Assembly (NCBI GenBank): GCA_020723995.1
Contig: DYHT01000005.1
Coordinates: 3,211 to 67,210 of the forward strand
Source: Chloroflexus sp.
GTDB taxonomy: Bacteria > Chloroflexota > Anaerolineae > Anaerolineales > Villigracilaceae
Reading direction: 5' to 3'
DNA: 64,000 nt
The position numbers and the translations under genes are program-made. Under the pieces are notes generated by a model. The model was not told the DNA's origin and did not search any database. It was given only the letters and a program-made list of their open reading frames with translations. Of the stretch, positions 59,968 to 64,000 are shown in pieces; positions within the stretch are counted from its first letter, which is position 1, and each line of letters begins with the position of its first letter.

Positions 59968-59991
59968 CCCCTCTCCTGTGGGGGAGAGGGG
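59968..59991. repeat. Hairpin CCCCTCTCC-6 nt-GGAGAGGGG followed by heptamers (TTACTGA CTACTGG TCACTGA)
   Basis: Read directly. It is the same family as the elements at 38812-38857 and 31383-31405. Confidence 0.7.
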
Positions 59992-60026
59992 TCAAGACGT
60001 GAGGGTTACTGACTACTGGTCACTGA

Positions 60027-60968
60027 TCACTCTTTATTACCCTTGGCTGCTTTCCTAGCCTTATTCTTGCGCACTACAGCGCGGATGCCCAGGAAGATCA
60101 GGAAGAACGGCAGCAGGACAAGAACCAGCATGGGCAGGATGAAGAGAACCAACCAGATCAGGAAGCTCGCAAATCCTTGGAAGAAGCGGATCAACGCCTG
60201 GATGGCATCCCGCGCCACGCCCTTAGGTTTCCAGCCGCCGATCTCGATTGGCTTGATCGTCTCTTCGGCGATAATGGTCACGCTGATGGCCGAGAGCGTC
60301 GAGGCCTGCTCAAAGTATTGAATCTGGCCCTTTGTCATCTCGATCTGCTGGCGGTAATATTCCAATTGATCGAAGACAGCCAGAACATCCTCGGTCTTTT
60401 CGGCCTTTTGCATGATTTCAAATAACTGCCTCTCGGCCGCCTCCAGGCTCTTCAGGCGGGATTTCAGGTCCACGTACTCCTGGGTCACATCCTGACCGCT
60501 GCGGTTCTCGTTGCGGACTTCGACGGCGTCGGCTTTGATCTGGTTCAAGGCTGTATCCAGTTTCACGGCCGGAACGCGGATCGTGATGCTGCCTTCGGGG
60601 ACTGTACCCCCGCCCTGGAGGTAGGTTTGGTACAGGTTCGAGGAGACCACGAATCCGCCCATGCCCTTGGCCATCTCGGCGATGGCAGCCATCTTGGTTT
60701 GTGGATCGGCAACCACGATGCTCAGGTCGGCGTTCTGGATTACCAGCCGTTCCTGGAGCACTGCGCTGCTGGTGTCTGCCTTATAGACGTCGTTTGCGCT
60801 GACGCCGGGGGCGGGCGGCATTTCACGGGGCGCTCCGACCTCCGGCGCGACGCCGGCCGGCTGTAAATACATTAATTCTGATGCAGGCGTAGGCGTGGAA
60901 GCCTTCACGCCGCAGGCAGACAGCAAAGCAGCTATGATTACGAGTAAAAAAACGATTCGTTTGGACAT
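60027..60968 (-). CDS. DUF4349-domain lipoprotein
   Basis: It has a lipobox (ALLSACG), a coiled-coil middle region and a C-terminal TM segment, typical of DUF4349. Confidence 0.7.
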   Translation of the reverse strand: MSKRIVFLLVIIAALLSACGVKASTPTPASELMYLQPAGVAPEVGAPREMPPAPGVSANDVYKADTSSAVLQERLVIQNADLSIVVADPQTKMAAIAEMAKGMGGFVVSSNLYQTYLQGGGTVPEGSITIRVPAVKLDTALNQIKADAVEVRNENRSGQDVTQEYVDLKSRLKSLEAAERQLFEIMQKAEKTEDVLAVFDQLEYYRQQIEMTKGQIQYFEQASTLSAISVTIIAEETIKPIEIGGWKPKGVARDAIQALIRFFQGFASFLIWLVLFILPMLVLVLLPFFLIFLGIRAVVRKNKARKAAKGNKE

Positions 60969-61108
60969 GGCTTCTCCTCCTGAGAGAAAGTTGTGGATGG
61001 TGTCAGCTTTACAGACGTCCCATGATTGGAAAAAGTTCCTTTGTCAATCAAAATCCGTCGGCCATTCGTGGTGGCGGTAATGCTCGAACATGCGGGCGAT
61101 AGCGAAAT

Positions 61109-61840
61109 TTACCATCCACCCGCCAGCCGCTCGGCGTGCCGGGCTGGCAAGCGGGCTTCCAGGATGCGCTTCTGCACTGCCCGGATATCGTATTCCACCC
61201 GGCGCGGCTCCCAGACCTGCATCTCTGGGTGGAACAACGCATAAGCCGCCCGAGGGTCGCGATCGCGCGGCTGCCCGACCGAGCCTGGGTTCAGGATGGC
61301 GCGAGCGGTCAGTTTGTAGCGATCGCCCACCGATGGCATTATGACTTCCATGTTGTCTTGCTCCGCGCGGTGCTGGAAAATGACCTGCATGTGTGAATGT
61401 CCCACGAAGCACCAGGGCGTCGAGAAGAAGCCCAGGTTGATGCGGGCGGTCGAGGCGTTCATCACGTACTCCCAGATTGGGTCGCGTGGGCTGCCATGCG
61501 CGAGAGAGACATCGCCGCGCCTCACCACCTCGCTCGGCAAACCAGTCAGGAAGGCCAAATTTTCCTGGCTCAGAGTCTCTTTGTGCCAGAGCAGCGACCT
61601 GTGGGCGTCGTCGTTAAAGGCCGCCAGCGCCAGATTGCCGTTGGCGGCCGTGTCATGGTTGCCGATCAGGCAGATCAGATTGGGCAGGCTGCGGATGCGC
61701 TGGATACATTCGTTTGGGTCTGGGCCATAACCGACCAGGTCGCCCAGGCACCAGGCCTCGTCCACCTCTCCGGCATCGGCCAGCACAGCCTCCAACGCCG
61801 TCAGGTTGGCGTGGACATCCGATAGGACCAGTATTCGCAT
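61109..61840 (-). CDS. Metallophosphoesterase family protein
   Basis: It has the motifs LSDVHAN, GDLVGYGPDP, GNHD and GH. Confidence 0.88.
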   Translation of the reverse strand: MRILVLSDVHANLTALEAVLADAGEVDEAWCLGDLVGYGPDPNECIQRIRSLPNLICLIGNHDTAANGNLALAAFNDDAHRSLLWHKETLSQENLAFLTGLPSEVVRRGDVSLAHGSPRDPIWEYVMNASTARINLGFFSTPWCFVGHSHMQVIFQHRAEQDNMEVIMPSVGDRYKLTARAILNPGSVGQPRDRDPRAAYALFHPEMQVWEPRRVEYDIRAVQKRILEARLPARHAERLAGGW

Positions 61841-61858
61841 CGTTGTTTCGTCTCCCGA

Positions 61859-63100
61859 TCAGGCTTTTGGCAGCATTCCTGCAACGCGTTCGAGGATCAC
61901 TTCGGCTACTTCGGCCTTGCTCATCAGCGGCAGGGATTCTACCTTTGCGTCTTTGAATAAAAGGGTAACGCGGTTGGTATTCACCGCGAAACCTGAATCG
62001 GGCGCGGTGATGTCGTTTGCGACGATCATATCGAGTTTTTTGGATGAAAGTTTTGCAGACGCATTTTTCACAAGATCGCGACTCTCGGCGGCGAATCCTA
62101 CCACCAGGCATGGCCGATTCTTTCTGGACTTTTGGCCGGCTACCGTTTCGAGGATATCCGGCGCGGCTTCGAGTTCGATCTGCAGAATGCCGTCCTGTTT
62201 TTTGAGTTTATTTTCGGCGGCTTTTTTCGGACGGAAATCGGCTACTGCGGCTGCCATGAGCAGCGCGTCCACTCCGGCGGATTCGGCCAGCACAGCCTCC
62301 AGCATCTCCGCGGCTGTACGCACCTCGATCAGGCGCGCCCCAACCGGCGCGCTCAAGGCGGTGGGAGCAGTAATCAACGTTACCTGCGCGCCCGCATCGA
62401 GAGCAGCCTGGGCCAGGGCGTAGCCCTGTTTGCCGGATGAACGATTGGTGATCACGCGCACCGGGTCAATCGGCTCTTGCGTCCCGCCGGCGGTGACGAC
62501 CACCTTCCTGCCAGCCAGTTTCCCATTCTTGCCTAAAATTAACCGCATGTGGCCGAGCAGTTCGGCTGGTTCGAGCATACGTCCCTTGCCGGTCAGGCCG
62601 GAGGCCATGCGCCCCTCGCCGGGTCCGGCAAAGTGCAGGCCGCGTTCGTTAAGGAGGCGGATATTTTCCTGGGTGGCCGGGTGCGTGTACATGCCCACGT
62701 CCATGGCCGGGGCAATGATGATCGGGCAACGGGCAGCCAACGCCGTGATGGTCAACAAGTCATCAGCGATCCCGTGCGCCAGCCTGGCGATGGTATTGGC
62801 CGTACAGGGCGCGATGACCAGCAGGTCGGCGCTGTGACCCAATCCCACATGCAGGACGTGCGCCTCGCCGCCCCACAATTCAGCTTCGGTGAAAGCCTTG
62901 CGCCCGGTCACGGATTGGAAGGTGAGCGGCGCGACGAATCTTTCCGCAGCGGGAGTGAGGATCACATCTACTTGTGCGCCTTCCTGCGTAAGCCTGGAGG
63001 CCAGCTCCGCGGCCTTGTAGGCCGCGATGGAGCCGGTGATGCCGAGGAGGATATGTTTGGAGGTGAAGATGGATGACATATTATCTCCATGTATATCCAC
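61859..63100 (-). CDS. coaBC: Bifunctional phosphopantothenoylcysteine decarboxylase / phosphopantothenate--cysteine ligase
   Basis: It has the flavoprotein N-terminus (ILLGITGSIAAYKA) and a CoaB domain (ITNRSSGKQG). The start may instead be at 63079. Confidence 0.93.
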   Translation of the reverse strand: MDIHGDNMSSIFTSKHILLGITGSIAAYKAAELASRLTQEGAQVDVILTPAAERFVAPLTFQSVTGRKAFTEAELWGGEAHVLHVGLGHSADLLVIAPCTANTIARLAHGIADDLLTITALAARCPIIIAPAMDVGMYTHPATQENIRLLNERGLHFAGPGEGRMASGLTGKGRMLEPAELLGHMRLILGKNGKLAGRKVVVTAGGTQEPIDPVRVITNRSSGKQGYALAQAALDAGAQVTLITAPTALSAPVGARLIEVRTAAEMLEAVLAESAGVDALLMAAAVADFRPKKAAENKLKKQDGILQIELEAAPDILETVAGQKSRKNRPCLVVGFAAESRDLVKNASAKLSSKKLDMIVANDITAPDSGFAVNTNRVTLLFKDAKVESLPLMSKAEVAEVILERVAGMLPKA

Positions 63101-63944
63101 AGGCAGTACAAATGAATTTCTTTTTTAGTTTACGATTTAAAATTCCGGTGCGGAGAAGATAAATCGTCCAAAGCCCAAATGAAATCAAAAGCAGAAAGAC
63201 ATTCAATATGCTTGATTTCCAATTGATTGGATACCTCTCCACTACATGATAACGCAGACAATTGGGACAGCGTAACTGGCGAGCTGATTTACTCAATCCG
63301 ATGAGGATGGGTTTCGATTTGCAAGTGGGCGTTTGGGTTGAGGGGGTTAAGATTTGAAAATATTGTGTGCAATGAAGAAAATTGACAAGACCAAGCTCAG
63401 GGTCTGGCGTGGAGGCAGGCAGTTCAGTCTTGAAGATATCATCGGATTGGGCATGTGGTAGGAAATATTCAGAAGGTGTACTTTTCTTGGAAGTTTCGAA
63501 AGTCGTGCGGAGGAAATTACAATAGGCGTGAACACGTTGATTTTTTGGGTTTAATGTCAGGTATTTATACAAGGTTTGGATACGCTCTTGGGGTGTCGGG
63601 AAGGTGTTGGCGTACCAAATCCAAGCCAATTCATTTTGCGGGTCTTTCCTTGTGATCGCTTCGAGAAGCTCTTTGGCACCTTCTTTATCGCCGGATATGT
63701 AAAAATCCAAAGCTAACCCGAGATGGTGCTTGGATGATCCGTTGTTCTCAGTATTCTGGAGATTGGTCTCTGATTGCGAAAGTTCGGTAGCCGGTTGATC
63801 AAGAAACGATAACTGAAGCGGATAAGCATCTGGGGATGGGATTGGCAAGGCCGCGAGTGATTCAGTTGGAGTTGACAGGTCTGGAGGTGGGGGAGGGTGT
63901 ACTTCAGTTTCTTTGGTGATGCTTTCAGATAAAGATGCACACAA
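63081..63944 (-). CDS. Hypothetical protein (TPR-like segment, C-terminal zinc ribbon and TM segment)
   Basis: The region is AT-richer. It has CPNC...CTACGY knuckles and a TM segment (VFLLLISFGLWTIYLL). The 5' end may extend toward the window edge. Confidence 0.45.
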   Translation of the reverse strand: MCASLSESITKETEVHPPPPPDLSTPTESLAALPIPSPDAYPLQLSFLDQPATELSQSETNLQNTENNGSSKHHLGLALDFYISGDKEGAKELLEAITRKDPQNELAWIWYANTFPTPQERIQTLYKYLTLNPKNQRVHAYCNFLRTTFETSKKSTPSEYFLPHAQSDDIFKTELPASTPDPELGLVNFLHCTQYFQILTPSTQTPTCKSKPILIGLSKSARQLRCPNCLRYHVVERYPINWKSSILNVFLLLISFGLWTIYLLRTGILNRKLKKKFICTACGYTWR

Positions 63945-64000
63945 GTATTCTATCCGCTGATTTTCAGGATTTTGCTTGCGGAACTCCTCCAGGGTCTGAA

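Overview
This is a chromosomal segment of a moderately GC-rich bacterium. The gene content includes fused glyQS, a 14-gene nuoA-N operon, polA, gyrB, dnaG, rpoD/sigA, recF, def, rsmG, coaBC, ssb and a translin-family gene. Together with the repeat style this looks Chloroflexota-like, but that is inference only. Housekeeping genes are interrupted by small, visibly AT-richer insertions. The main non-standard signals are as follows. (1) Three diverged AAA_14/DUF4143 ATPase-nuclease genes each look like a leaderless single-gene cassette. One sits where the glyQS 5' end is duplicated (519-bp repeat), one where the rpoD 3' end is duplicated (about 70-bp diverged repeat), and one beside tRNA-Lys. No recombinase gene is nearby. 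(2) A 151-bp MITE occurs in four near-identical copies; one splits a DNA methyltransferase ORF and two abut truncated genes. (3) Short-period (7-10 nt) tandem-repeat or inverted-block hairpin elements fill almost every nuo spacer. They are also embedded in frame in glyQS (forming the GlyQ-GlyS linker), dnaG, nuoB and nuoG. (4) Two toxin-antitoxin modules lie inside the nuo operon. (5) A receiver/roadblock-like protein fused to a catalytically degenerate IS200-type transposase domain lies just upstream of polA. (6) Several genes are decayed: an FGE-sulfatase lipoprotein, a TIR-like remnant, and Zn-ribbon ORFs with in-frame stops. I recognised no rRNA gene, CRISPR array, integrase or transposase gene. 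All family assignments come from motif recognition by eye, not from database searches.
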